Counted from the stretch's first letter, positions 10,067-19,965 are shown. The stretch: DNA of 64,000 bases from Candidatus Solibacter sp. (GCA_025361425.1 JANYAH010000083.1:13315-77314), one strand, 5' to 3'. Notes: generated by a model not told the origin, from the sequence alone. Numbers and translations are program-made.

Positions 10067-10786
10067 ATGTTTAGCGTGAATTGCCCAGCGGCCAAAATTG
10101 TTAACCATTTGGAGGACCGTCCGTCTTTGTCGGAGAGTGCCGTGGGGTTAGTCTGTCCTGGTCTGCGCGATCCCGGCGCGCAATTGATCAAGCGCATCCT
10201 CGATGTCGTCGTGGCTGCGTTTCTGCTGATTCTGGCGCTTCCGTTGGCGGTTGCAATCGCGCTCGCAATTGTACTGGAGAAACGCGGCCCGGTGTTCTTC
10301 GCGCACACCCGGATTGGCAAACATGAGCGCCGGTTCCGGCTGTGGAAATTCCGCTCCATGGTGGTGGACGCCGATGCCATGCTGGCACGGCACCTGAAAG
10401 CGCATCCCGACAATCTTGCGGAGTGGCGCGAGATGCACAAACTGAAAGACGATCCGCGCGTCACGCGCGTGGGCCGGCTGCTGCGCAGATCCCGCCTCGA
10501 CGAACTGCCGCAACTAGTCAACGTTCTGCGCGGCGAAATGAGCATGGTGGGCCCCCGGCCGATTGTGCAGGAGGAGATTGCGAAGTACGGTCCCGTGTTT
10601 GCCCTCTACGTGCAGGTCCTCCCCGGTCTGACCGGACTGTGGCAGGTTTCCGGCCGCACCCACACCAGTTATCGCGACCGCACCGAACTCGACATGAAGT
10701 ACATGCGGCACCGGACCGTCTGGATGGACTTGCTGATATTGCTGAAGACGGTTCGCGTGGTTCTCTTCGGACGTGGCGCATACTAA
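10067..10786 (+). CDS. undecaprenyl-phosphate sugar phosphotransferase (bacterial sugar transferase, priming enzyme)
   Basis: Contains KRILDVVVAAFLLILALPL...RFRLWKFRSM...DELPQLVNVLRGEMSMVGPRP...GLTGLWQVSGR, the PF02397-type core. The start is taken at ATG 10067, just after the upstream stop. Confidence 0.85.
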   Translation: MFSVNCPAAKIVNHLEDRPSLSESAVGLVCPGLRDPGAQLIKRILDVVVAAFLLILALPLAVAIALAIVLEKRGPVFFAHTRIGKHERRFRLWKFRSMVVDADAMLARHLKAHPDNLAEWREMHKLKDDPRVTRVGRLLRRSRLDELPQLVNVLRGEMSMVGPRPIVQEEIAKYGPVFALYVQVLPGLTGLWQVSGRTHTSYRDRTELDMKYMRHRTVWMDLLILLKTVRVVLFGRGAY

Positions 10787-10796
10787 CCCCAGAGTG

Positions 10797-12290
10797 ATGC
10801 TGCGAGCCGTCGCGCTCGCCTGTCTGGCGGCCTGCTTCGCCCATGCCGCCGTGAAGCTGCCCACCCTGCTTGCAGATCACATGGTGATCCAGCGCGGTCA
10901 GCCCGTGCATATGTGGGGCAAGGCCGATCCGGGCGAGGTCGTTTCGGCGAGCTTTCGCGGTGAGACGAAAGCGGCCGCGGCGAATGCCCTCGGCCAGTTT
11001 AGCTTCTATCTTTCCGCGGGCACTGCCGGCGGACCTTTCGACTTGACCCTCCGGGGAGCCAACCAGATCGTCCTCAGGGACGTCCTGGTCGGCGACGTGT
11101 GGGTGGTGGCAGGCCAGTCGAACATGGAGTGGCCCGTCCGATGGGCAAGCCGGCCGGAGGCTGAAATTGCCGCCGCCAGGCATCCGCGGATTCGCCTGTT
11201 CCGTGCCATGCACAGGGTCTCGGAATTCGCCTTTGACGATCTCTGGGGGAAACCGTGGGCTCCATGCGCGCCGGAGTCGGTCGCCGATTTTTCCGCCGTC
11301 GGATACCACTTCGCACGCTTCCTGCAAGAGCGTCTCGACGTGCCCATCGGGTTGATCCAGATAGCCTGGGGCGGCACGCCCATCGATTCCTGGACCAGTC
11401 TCGGCGCCATCACCAAGGATGCGGCCCTGATGCCGGCCCTGGCCGAGTGGGCCAAGTTGATGAGAAACCACCCCGCCGCGCTCTTGCGCTACCAACTGGA
11501 GTGCCGGAAATGGGAAGCGGCGGCGGCCCTTGCCAAGGCGGCCCACAAGACGTTTACCCAGCCCCCGCCCGTGAAACCGGTGGGCCCGGAAAGCCCCTGG
11601 AAGCCCGGCGTCATCTTCAACGCGATGGTCACGCCCGCGGCGGCATACCCGGTCCGCGGCGTCATCTGGTACCAGGGCGAGAGCAATACCTCCGCGGAGC
11701 GGGCGCCGCTCTACGGCGGACTTTTCCGTACCATGATTGAGGACTGGCGCCGTGTCTGGAATCAGGGCAACTTCCCTTTCCTGTTCGTGCAACTTGCCGG
11801 TTTCACTACCACCCCCGACAGCCAGTGGCCTGAGTTGCGCGAGGCCCAGCGGCGCGCGCTGGACGTGGCCAACACGGGCATGGCGGTGGCCGTCGATCTG
11901 GGCGAGCGCGACAGCATCCACCCCAAGAACAAGCAGGAAGTGGGCCGCCGTCTGTCGCTCATGGCGCGCGCTCTGGTTTACGGCGAGCAGCTCGTCTACT
12001 CCGGTCCGCTCTTTCGCCGCACCAGCCGGGAGGACGGCGCGCTGCGCCTCTGGTTCGACCACTCTGGCGGAGGTCTGGTGGTGCATGGCGATGCATTGCG
12101 GGGGTTCGAGGCCGCCGGCGCGGACCGCCGCTGGATGCCCGCCGCCGCGCGCATCGAAGGCAATAGTGTAGTGGTATTCAGCCCGTCCGTTCCCGCGCCG
12201 CTCTACGTGCGCTATGGCTGGGCAGATTTTCCCGACTGCAACCTCTATAACGCCGAGGGTCTGCCGGCTGCGTCCTTCCGTTCCGATTAG
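10797..12290 (+). CDS. sialate O-acetylesterase-like (SASA/DUF303) carbohydrate esterase, secreted
   Basis: Signal peptide MLRAVALACLAACFAHA, followed by GDVWVVAGQSNMEWP and the IAWGGTPI / VIWYQGESN blocks of SASA esterases. The longest ORF starts at GTG 10773, inside the upstream gene. ATG 10797 is preferred. Confidence 0.8.
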   Translation: MLRAVALACLAACFAHAAVKLPTLLADHMVIQRGQPVHMWGKADPGEVVSASFRGETKAAAANALGQFSFYLSAGTAGGPFDLTLRGANQIVLRDVLVGDVWVVAGQSNMEWPVRWASRPEAEIAAARHPRIRLFRAMHRVSEFAFDDLWGKPWAPCAPESVADFSAVGYHFARFLQERLDVPIGLIQIAWGGTPIDSWTSLGAITKDAALMPALAEWAKLMRNHPAALLRYQLECRKWEAAAALAKAAHKTFTQPPPVKPVGPESPWKPGVIFNAMVTPAAAYPVRGVIWYQGESNTSAERAPLYGGLFRTMIEDWRRVWNQGNFPFLFVQLAGFTTTPDSQWPELREAQRRALDVANTGMAVAVDLGERDSIHPKNKQEVGRRLSLMARALVYGEQLVYSGPLFRRTSREDGALRLWFDHSGGGLVVHGDALRGFEAAGADRRWMPAAARIEGNSVVVFSPSVPAPLYVRYGWADFPDCNLYNAEGLPAASFRSD

Positions 12291-12330
12291 ATGCGTCCAC
12301 AACTGCCCTGACGCGTCAACCGGCCTCCCC

Positions 12331-13170
12331 TCAGTGCGTCATCGAATAAACCACGTAGTTGATGCCAATGCGGATGCCGAGCGCCGAGTATTTTTCCGCG
12401 TACTCCGGATTGTCCGCGTGCTCCCAGGAATCGCCCAGATCCATGTTGTGGCAGATGGCTACTATCAAACGGCCGTGGTCGTCATAGATGCCGCGCCACT
12501 TGGCCTCGAAGCCATCGAACTCATAGGTCCGCCCGCTGCGGATGTACTGCGCGCCGGGAACCTGGTAGCGGTCGTCCAGGTCGTAAATCGTGTGGAAGAT
12601 CGCGTCCTTGCTGTCCAGATCCACAATCGGCCGGTCGGGAAACACACGCCGCATGCTGGCCTCGAAGATGGCCCACTCCCCCGTCCCGTGGAAATCGTCG
12701 CACATGAAAAACCCGCCGCGCTCGACGAATTCGCGCAGCGCCTTGGCCTGCGCTTCGGTAAGCTGCCAGTGGCCCACTTCCACGGCATAGAGAAATGGCC
12801 AATCGTAGGCTTCGCCTTCATCCAGATTGACCGGCTGCTCCGCACTGCGGCTGTGTACCCGGGTCAAGCGCCGCATGGCCTCGGAGAAATGCCGGTCGGA
12901 GCGTGGATAGTCCGTCGTCCAACTGGAGTATCCCTGCGTCCAGTCGCCGCCGCCGAAGCGCCCCCTGCCGAAGCCCCGGCCTCCGTACATGGCCGGCGGA
13001 TACATCAGGCGTGCGAATACCCACTCAGCCTTATCCTGATAATCGCGGGGCAGCGGAAAATCGTTATACTCACGCCCGGGGTACTGCCGGAACGGCCGTT
13101 GAGCTACCAGCGACGTGAGTATCAACAGCGTTCCCGCCACAGCTCGCCATCCTGCACTCTTGTAGCTCAT
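12331..13170 (-). CDS. DUF4159 domain protein (secreted or membrane-anchored)
   Basis: Contains MSYKSAGWRAVAGTLLILTSLV...WVFARLMYP...WTTDYPRSDRHF...WPFLYAVEVGHWQLTEAQAKALREFVERGGFFMCDDFHG. This matches my memory of the DUF4159 family. Start taken at the internal ATG 13170. Confidence 0.7.
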   Translation of the reverse strand: MSYKSAGWRAVAGTLLILTSLVAQRPFRQYPGREYNDFPLPRDYQDKAEWVFARLMYPPAMYGGRGFGRGRFGGGDWTQGYSSWTTDYPRSDRHFSEAMRRLTRVHSRSAEQPVNLDEGEAYDWPFLYAVEVGHWQLTEAQAKALREFVERGGFFMCDDFHGTGEWAIFEASMRRVFPDRPIVDLDSKDAIFHTIYDLDDRYQVPGAQYIRSGRTYEFDGFEAKWRGIYDDHGRLIVAICHNMDLGDSWEHADNPEYAEKYSALGIRIGINYVVYSMTH

Positions 13171-13211
13171 GTGTGCGCGCCTGCCGTGAGCATACCACCG
13201 CTCGAAGGCCG

Positions 13212-13796
13212 CTATCGCAGCGCCGCGAAATCCCGCGCGTCCTTGGACCATTCCCCAGCCGTCCGCAGAGTCTCCATCACGCTCTCCGGATCCCCCGCCA
13301 CGCTCCACATCGCGCGATGCTTCTCATCCATGAATCGCTCTTCCACGCAGCGGTTCAGCAGCTCGATGCAAGGGTCGAAGAAGCCGTTGACGTTCACCAG
13401 CACCACGGGACCGAAGTAGAGACCCAGCCGCTTCCACGTGATCGCCTCAAAAAGCTCCTCCAGCGTGCCGCACCCGCCAGGCAGCGCGATCGCCGCCCCG
13501 GAAAGCTCTAGCATGACGCGCTTCCGCTCATGCATATCGTCCACAATGCGCAGTTCGCTTAGCGCGCGATGGCCCCATTCCAGGTCATCCATGAAACGCG
13601 GCAGCACCCCGATCACCTTCCCGCCCACCTCCAGCGCAGCCGCCGCCAGACGCCCCATCGACCCCAGCGAACTCCCTCCGTAAACAATCGTGATCCCGTT
13701 CTCCGCCAGAATCCGTCCCAGGCGCGCCGCGGCATCCAGATAGATCGGGGAAGACCGGTTGCTCGAAGCGCAGTAAACGCACACACTCTGAATCAT
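13212..13796 (-). CDS. LOG family / TIGR00730 Rossmann-fold nucleotide phosphoribohydrolase
   Basis: 194-aa ORF with VYGGSSLGSMG and the diagnostic PGGCGTLEELFE motif. Confidence 0.85.
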   Translation of the reverse strand: MIQSVCVYCASSNRSSPIYLDAAARLGRILAENGITIVYGGSSLGSMGRLAAAALEVGGKVIGVLPRFMDDLEWGHRALSELRIVDDMHERKRVMLELSGAAIALPGGCGTLEELFEAITWKRLGLYFGPVVLVNVNGFFDPCIELLNRCVEERFMDEKHRAMWSVAGDPESVMETLRTAGEWSKDARDFAALR

Positions 13797-13956
13797 GAGT
13801 TTTCAGGATACCTGAGTGGCCCGACCGGCGGCTGCACACGCGTACGTAATCCACCGTCACCAGGGCGCCGGCCCGTCGAATTCATCCGCCCATTGCAGGC
13901 GGCTCCGCTCACACTCGCAGTCAACGCGAGCCAAACCATACGCGACATAGCGGTCC

Positions 13957-13962
13957 TATCAT
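13957..13962 (+). promoter_or_regulatory. -10-like hexamer TATCAT, 6 nt upstream of ATG 13969 (leaderless-type)
   Basis: Read directly as cctatcat-agaaac-ATG. Confidence 0.35.
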
Positions 13963-13968
13963 AGAAAC

Positions 13969-14274
13969 ATGCACATCCTCATCGTTCAAGCGCGCGTCAA
14001 AGCGGAGTTCATCGACGCCTTCAAGCAAGCCACCGCCATCAACGCCAGTAACAGCGCCAAAGAACCCGGCGTAGCGCGCTTCGATTTCCTCCAGCAGCAG
14101 GACGACCCGGCAAAATTCGTCCTCTACGAGGTCTATCGCGACGCCGCCGCCCCCGCCAAACACAAGCAGACGGCGCACTACAACGCCTGGGTGGAGAAGG
14201 TGAGCCACATGTTCGAAGAGCCGCGCACCCGCGCCGTCTACACCAACGTCTTCCCCGCCGGCGAGGCTGGGTAG
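13969..14274 (+). CDS. antibiotic-biosynthesis-monooxygenase (ABM) fold protein / putative quinol monooxygenase
   Basis: 101-aa ORF MHILIVQARVKAEFIDAFKQATAINASNS..EPGVARFDFLQQQDDPAKFVLYEVYRD, the typical ABM ferredoxin-like domain. Confidence 0.75.
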   Translation: MHILIVQARVKAEFIDAFKQATAINASNSAKEPGVARFDFLQQQDDPAKFVLYEVYRDAAAPAKHKQTAHYNAWVEKVSHMFEEPRTRAVYTNVFPAGEAG

Positions 14275-14328
14275 CCGCCGCTTTCCTTGCACCCCGCGTC
14301 ACGCGCTACTCTAAGTCGAGACCTCATC

Positions 14329-15297
14329 ATGACCGCCAGACCACTCATCCTCCTTCTCGCCGCTCCTCTGTTCGCCCAGGACGCCGCGATGGCCCCAGCC
14401 GTGCTACCCGGCAACGGGCTCGCTCAACACGATTTCTTCTACGCCGGCGAACAAAAACAGCACCAGATGTTCATCGTCAAGAAAGGACAGGTCGCATGGT
14501 CCTACATCGTCGCCGATAGCAAAGGCGAAATCAGCGACGCCGTCCTCCTGTCCAACGGCAACATCCTCTTCGCCCACCAGTTCGGCATCACCCTCATCAC
14601 CCCCGCCAAGAAAGTCCTCTGGAAATACGACGCCCCCGCCGGCACCGAAGTCCATAGCGCCCAGCCCATCGGCACCAAGCACGTCGTCTTCATTCAGAAC
14701 GGCGACCCCGCCATCCTGCGCGTGGTCAACATCGCCACCAACCAGACCGTGCGTGAGTTCACCCTCCCCACCGGCAATCCCAAAAGCGTCCATGGCCACT
14801 TCCGCCACGCCCGCCTCACCCCCGCCGGCACTATCCTGGTGGCCCACATGGACAACAAGAAGGTCGCCGAGTACGATTCCAGCGGCAAGGAGGTCTGGTC
14901 CTACGCCATCGACGGCCCCTGGTCGGCCAGCCGCCTGCCCAACGGCAACACGCTGATCACCACCGGCAAGAAACTGGTCGTCGAAGTCGACCCCAAAGGC
15001 CAGACCGTCTGGGAACTCAAGGCCAGCGATATCCCCGGCTACAAGATCGACGGTTTCCAGATCGCCACTCGCCTGCCCAACGGCAACACTCTCGTCAACA
15101 ATTGGGTCAACCAATGGAACACCACCGTCGACCCCAACAACACCCCCGTGCAGGCCCTGGAATTCACGCCTGCGAAAAAGCTGGTCTGGGCACTCCGCTC
15201 CTGGGCCGCTCCCGCCAATCTCGGCCCTGCCACCATCCTGCAACTGCTCGACAAGCCGAGCGTTCCGGAGAACGTCCACTTCGGCGATATTAAGTAG
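14329..15297 (+). CDS. secreted beta-propeller repeat protein (PQQ-like/ASST-like fold), function unknown
   Basis: Signal peptide MTARPLILLLAAPLFAQ, then repeated blades of the type LSNGNILF / LPNGNTLIT / LPNGNTLVNN with VWSY / VWEL strands. Start taken at the internal ATG 14329. Confidence 0.65.
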   Translation: MTARPLILLLAAPLFAQDAAMAPAVLPGNGLAQHDFFYAGEQKQHQMFIVKKGQVAWSYIVADSKGEISDAVLLSNGNILFAHQFGITLITPAKKVLWKYDAPAGTEVHSAQPIGTKHVVFIQNGDPAILRVVNIATNQTVREFTLPTGNPKSVHGHFRHARLTPAGTILVAHMDNKKVAEYDSSGKEVWSYAIDGPWSASRLPNGNTLITTGKKLVVEVDPKGQTVWELKASDIPGYKIDGFQIATRLPNGNTLVNNWVNQWNTTVDPNNTPVQALEFTPAKKLVWALRSWAAPANLGPATILQLLDKPSVPENVHFGDIK

Positions 15298-15680
15298 ACC
15301 TCCGCACCACAGGACACTGCTCTTTAAAAACAGGTGGGACGGACCATGGATCCCGTGCCATCATCATCATACCTGCGTCCATCGGCGCCTTCGCCTCACC
15401 CCGTTGCTCGCTCGCCGCGGCGTCTGGAAGTTGAGCCTCGAAACTCGCGCAGCGGCATACCTGTGGACTCTCCGTAAGTAGGCGTGGTGGGTCCGGCGCT
15501 GACGGCGGTGATCGAAGAGGGGGTAGCGTGGGGCGTTGGCGGGTAACTATCGCTTCTTTGGATGCGCCATCTTGTAGGCTACGTGGTGCTACTCTCGAAC
15601 CATACGACGGTTTCGGGCAACTGGGTACGATTGTAAGCAGCCGGCCGCGGTAGGGCGGAAGGTGGACAGAAAGGAACAAA

Positions 15681-16718
15681 ATGGAATTTACAAGACGAGA
15701 TTTGGGAAAGATCGCGATTGCGTCCGTGCCACTCTCCAGGGCGTTTGCCGCGAAGACGATCAACTCGAAGTTCGGTGGCGTTCAGATTGGCGCCATCACT
15801 TACAGCTTCAATCGGATCGCCAGCCCCGACCCGGTAGCCATCATCAAGGCTTATGTTGAGATTGGCCTGGGCGAGGCTGAGCTGATGTCGAACCATTGCG
15901 AAGCCTTGGCGGGCGCCCCGGCGATGCCGACGTTCGGCCGCGGCGGCGCGCCAGCCCGCGGACCCGCTGGCGCGGCACCTGCCGGCGGAGCGCCGGCACA
16001 GCCCGGAGCACAGCGAGGTGGCGGTGGTGGCCGTGCGCCGCTGACCCCAGAGCAACTGGCCGAAAGGCAAGCCGCCACGGAAAACCTGGCGAAATGGCGC
16101 GCCTCCGCCAACGCCAGTACGTGGAAGACCGTCACCAGAAAATTTAACGATGCCGGCATCGACGTTGCCCTGCTCTGCTACAACATGCAGGACAGCATGA
16201 AAGTCGAGGACATCGAGTACGGGTTCAGCATGGCCAAGGGTCTCGGCGTGAAGGGGATGACTACCAGCACTACCCTCACCATGGCGAAACGCATCGCCCC
16301 GGTGGCGGACAAACATAAGCTGCTGGTCGGTTACCACGGCCACGACCAGAACAACGACCCCAACCAGACCGCCACTCTGGAGAGCTACGCTACGCTGATG
16401 GCGTACGGCAAATATAACGGCATCAACCTCGATATCGGCCACTTCACGGCCGCCGGATACGACGCCGTCGAGTTCATCAAGCAGCACCACGCGAAGATCA
16501 CCAACCTGCACATCAAGGATCGCAAGAAGGACCATGGCCCCAACGTGGCCGTCTGGGGCACGGGCGACACCCCCATGAAGGCCGTGCTGCAGCTCCTCAA
16601 GAAGGAGAAGTACGGCTTCCCGGCGAACCTGGAGCTGGAGTATCCGGTTCCGGCGGATTCGACCATCGTTGCCGAGGCCAAGAAGTGCCTCGCCTATGTC
16701 AAGAGCTGTCTGGTGTAG
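15681..16718 (+). CDS. sugar phosphate isomerase/epimerase (xylose-isomerase-like TIM barrel) with Tat signal
   Basis: N-terminus MEFTRRDLGKIAIASVPLSRAFA (T-R-R motif). The C-terminal half (GYHGHDQ...NLDIGHFTAAGYD...NLHIKDRKKD...ELEYP) matches the AP-endonuclease-2/xylose-isomerase-like TIM barrel. AAAGGAA lies upstream of the ATG. Confidence 0.85.
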   Translation: MEFTRRDLGKIAIASVPLSRAFAAKTINSKFGGVQIGAITYSFNRIASPDPVAIIKAYVEIGLGEAELMSNHCEALAGAPAMPTFGRGGAPARGPAGAAPAGGAPAQPGAQRGGGGGRAPLTPEQLAERQAATENLAKWRASANASTWKTVTRKFNDAGIDVALLCYNMQDSMKVEDIEYGFSMAKGLGVKGMTTSTTLTMAKRIAPVADKHKLLVGYHGHDQNNDPNQTATLESYATLMAYGKYNGINLDIGHFTAAGYDAVEFIKQHHAKITNLHIKDRKKDHGPNVAVWGTGDTPMKAVLQLLKKEKYGFPANLELEYPVPADSTIVAEAKKCLAYVKSCLV

Positions 16719-16748
16719 TCCGCGGACTATAGATTTAAGGAGTTTACT

Positions 16749-18365
16749 ATGGCATTAACGAGACGTTACTTTTTCTACGGCAGCCTCTTGGCCGGCGCTG
16801 TTCCGGCAATGGGCTTCGGCAGTACGCCATCATTGAAAGCCGCGGGATACAAATCCCCCAACGAAAAGCTGAACTTCGCGGCGATTGGCTCCGGCGGCCA
16901 GGGAGCCTCCAATATCTCGGCCGCGGCGCCCACCGAAAACATCGTGGCGCTCTGCGATGTGGACGACCGCCGCGCCGCCGGCACCTTCACCCGCTTCGAC
17001 AAGGCGCCCAGATTCCGGGACTTCCGGCAGATGCTGGATAAGGAAGGCAAGAACATCGACGCCGTAATCGTCGCCATACCGGACCATATGCATGCCACGG
17101 CCGCCATGTGGTGCATGGAGCGCGGCAAGCACGTATACGTGCAGAAGCCGCTGGTGCGCACGGTTTGGGAAGCGCGCCAATTGAAGGAGGCGGCCGCGAA
17201 ATACAAGGTTGCCACCCAGATGGGCAACCAGGGCTATTCCAACGAAGGCACCCGGCAGTGCGCCGAAATTATCTGGAATGGCGACATCGGCAACGTCACC
17301 GAAGTGCACGCCTGGAGCGACCGGCCGATGTGGCCACAGGGCGTCACCGAGATTCCCAAAGAAGATCCAATTCCGTCCACTTTGGACTGGGATCTCTGGC
17401 TGGGCATCTCCGAAAAACGCCCGTTCACCGCGGCCGGTAAGACCGAACCAGACCGTAACGGCGGCTTCTTCTACCAACCGTTCAACTGGCGCGGGTTCTA
17501 CGATTTCGGCTGCGGCGCCTTGGGCGATATGGCCTGCCACATCCTGGGCGCGCCGAACATGGCGCTGCATCTGTCGAATCGGAAACTGGTCAGCGTTGAA
17601 TGCATCAAGAAGGAAGGCGTCAGCCCCTTCATGTTCCCGAAGGGCTCCGTCATCCGCTTCGATTTCGCCGCATACGCCGGCATGCCTGCCCTCAAATTGT
17701 TCTGGTACGACGGCGTGAAGGAAACTCCCAAGATCGCCGGCGTTCCCAACGGCGAGTGGCTCGGCGATCCGCCCAGCGCCCCGCGTGCGGCCGGAATGGG
17801 CGGCGGGCGTGGCATGGGCGCGCCGGGTATGGCGCCCGGTGGGGCTCCCGGTGCCGCGGGCGGACCCGGCGGCGGCGGACGAGGTGGACCGGGCGCGATG
17901 CGCGCCGCAGGCAACGAATTCCGCTCCCCCGGCCGCGTTTTCAGCTCGGATGAGTTCGATGCGCTCAAAGCATCCACCACACCGCTCCGCCTCCCCATGC
18001 CAGACGGCAGCCTCTTCATCGGCGACAAGGGTATGCTCACTAGCGGCACCTACGGCGACGTGACGCGCCTCATCCCGGTGGAGAAAATGAAGGACTACCG
18101 GATGCCGCCGCCGCTGCTGACTCGTTCCCCCGGCCACATGCGCGATTTTATCCGCGCCTGCAAGGGCGGCGACCCCGCATGCTCAAACTTCAACGTCTCG
18201 GCGCCGTTCGTGGAATGGATGCTGCTGGGCGTGATTGCGCTCCGTCACGAGGGCAAGCTCGAGTACGATCCGGAGAAGATGCGCATTACCAATAACCTTG
18301 AGGCCAACAAGCTCCTCAAGCCCACCTTCCGCAAAGGATGGGAGTTCCACACCGTCAAGGCATAA
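16749..18365 (+). CDS. Gfo/Idh/MocA family oxidoreductase with Tat signal
   Basis: N-terminus MALTRRYFFYGSLLAGAVPAMG, Rossmann motif AAIGSGGQG, and the motif VYVQKPL. AAGGAG lies 6 nt upstream of the ATG. A Gly/Ala/Pro/Arg-rich insert is present (aa ~345-395). Confidence 0.85.
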   Translation: MALTRRYFFYGSLLAGAVPAMGFGSTPSLKAAGYKSPNEKLNFAAIGSGGQGASNISAAAPTENIVALCDVDDRRAAGTFTRFDKAPRFRDFRQMLDKEGKNIDAVIVAIPDHMHATAAMWCMERGKHVYVQKPLVRTVWEARQLKEAAAKYKVATQMGNQGYSNEGTRQCAEIIWNGDIGNVTEVHAWSDRPMWPQGVTEIPKEDPIPSTLDWDLWLGISEKRPFTAAGKTEPDRNGGFFYQPFNWRGFYDFGCGALGDMACHILGAPNMALHLSNRKLVSVECIKKEGVSPFMFPKGSVIRFDFAAYAGMPALKLFWYDGVKETPKIAGVPNGEWLGDPPSAPRAAGMGGGRGMGAPGMAPGGAPGAAGGPGGGGRGGPGAMRAAGNEFRSPGRVFSSDEFDALKASTTPLRLPMPDGSLFIGDKGMLTSGTYGDVTRLIPVEKMKDYRMPPPLLTRSPGHMRDFIRACKGGDPACSNFNVSAPFVEWMLLGVIALRHEGKLEYDPEKMRITNNLEANKLLKPTFRKGWEFHTVKA

Positions 18366-18427
18366 AGCCTCACAAGAGAGCAGGCCGGGGCGCCGCATCC
18401 GTCAGGAACGCCTCGGCCTGTGCCACT

Positions 18428-19237
18428 CTATTCGAACTTGATTTCGGAGAGCTCTGCGATGGGCTTGGGGAATTTGAGGCTCATGGCCTCCAACTCATCG
18501 CGCAAGATTTGCGAGACGGCTAAGTTGCGGAACCACTTGCGATTCGCCGGAATCACGTACCAGGGCGCACATTTGGTGCTGCACTGGCGCAGCATATCCT
18601 GGTACGCCTCGATATACTGATCCCAATACTCGCGCTCCTTCAGATCGGCGGCTGAGAACTTCCAGTTCTTGGTCTTATCCTCGATACGCTCATGGAAGCG
18701 CCTCGCCTGTTCTTCCTTGTCGATGTAAAGCAGAAACTTGATGACACGCGTACCGCTGTCGCTCAGCATGCGTTCGAAATCGTTGATCTGGGCATATCGT
18801 TTGCTCCACACCGATTTCGGCACGATCCCGTGGACGCGCACCACCAGGACGTCCTCATAGTGCGAACGGTTGAAGATTCCGATCTGACCGAATTCCGGCA
18901 CCGCGCAATGCACACGCCATAGATAGTCGTGGCGTTTTTCGGCGCCTTCCGGCACTTTGAAGGAGGTAACCCGCACGCCTTGAGGGTTGAGCCCGCTCAT
19001 GACGTGTTGGATGGTGCCGTCCTTGCCCCCGGCGTCGATGCCTTGCAGCACCACCACCAATCCGCGCCGCGCCTCGGCATAGAGCAGGTATTGCAGAACG
19101 CTCAAGCGGTCGAGGTTCTTTGAGAGGTGCGCGGCGGCACTGGCCTTGTCGATGCCGTGGGTATCCGACGGGTCGACATCGGCCAATTTGATCCGGGAAC
19201 CCGGTCGTACGAGGAGTTCTTTGGATAGCTGTTTCAT
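18428..19237 (-). CDS. ppk2: polyphosphate kinase 2 (PPK2) family, single-domain
   Basis: 269-aa ORF with Walker [15 protein letters not shown] and the lid region [15 protein letters not shown] typical of PPK2. Confidence 0.9.
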   Translation of the reverse strand: MKQLSKELLVRPGSRIKLADVDPSDTHGIDKASAAAHLSKNLDRLSVLQYLLYAEARRGLVVVLQGIDAGGKDGTIQHVMSGLNPQGVRVTSFKVPEGAEKRHDYLWRVHCAVPEFGQIGIFNRSHYEDVLVVRVHGIVPKSVWSKRYAQINDFERMLSDSGTRVIKFLLYIDKEEQARRFHERIEDKTKNWKFSAADLKEREYWDQYIEAYQDMLRQCSTKCAPWYVIPANRKWFRNLAVSQILRDELEAMSLKFPKPIAELSEIKFE

Positions 19238-19246
19238 ACCGGCTTC

Positions 19247-19252
19247 ATTCTA
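19247..19252 (-). promoter_or_regulatory. -10-like TAGAAT (minus strand), 9 nt upstream of the ppk2 ATG
   Basis: The plus strand reads attcta. On the minus strand this is gtgTAGAAT-gaagccggt-ATG. It overlaps the maf -10 box by 2 nt. Confidence 0.35.
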
Positions 19253-19256
19253 CACT
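19251..19256 (+). promoter_or_regulatory. -10-like TACACT, 6 nt upstream of the maf ATG 19263 (leaderless-type)
   Basis: Read directly as tacact-gagaag-ATG, inside a 25-bp divergent intergenic region. Confidence 0.4.
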
Positions 19257-19262
19257 GAGAAG

Positions 19263-19841
<579 letters not shown>

Positions 19842-19965
19842 GCCCAGAGAGAACCAAAGCAAGGTCGAGGGAGGCTTCCGAAACAGGTTGTTTCTTCCCT
19901 GCGGTCACCGCCTCTCCGCGGTCAAGGCGTTTGCGGAGTACAATACCGTCGAGGGGTCATTGGAC

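Noticed and set aside
15298-15680. The 383-bp gap upstream of the Tat TIM-barrel gene, examined for a riboswitch, tRNA or small ORF. A GGTTCGAG-like T-loop look-alike occurs on the minus strand, and there is a ~40-codon ORF starting at 15346.
   Set aside because: No cloverleaf can be drawn around the T-loop look-alike. The small ORF has no ribosome-binding site or -10 context and is Pro/Ser/Arg-rich. No recognisable aptamer core is present.
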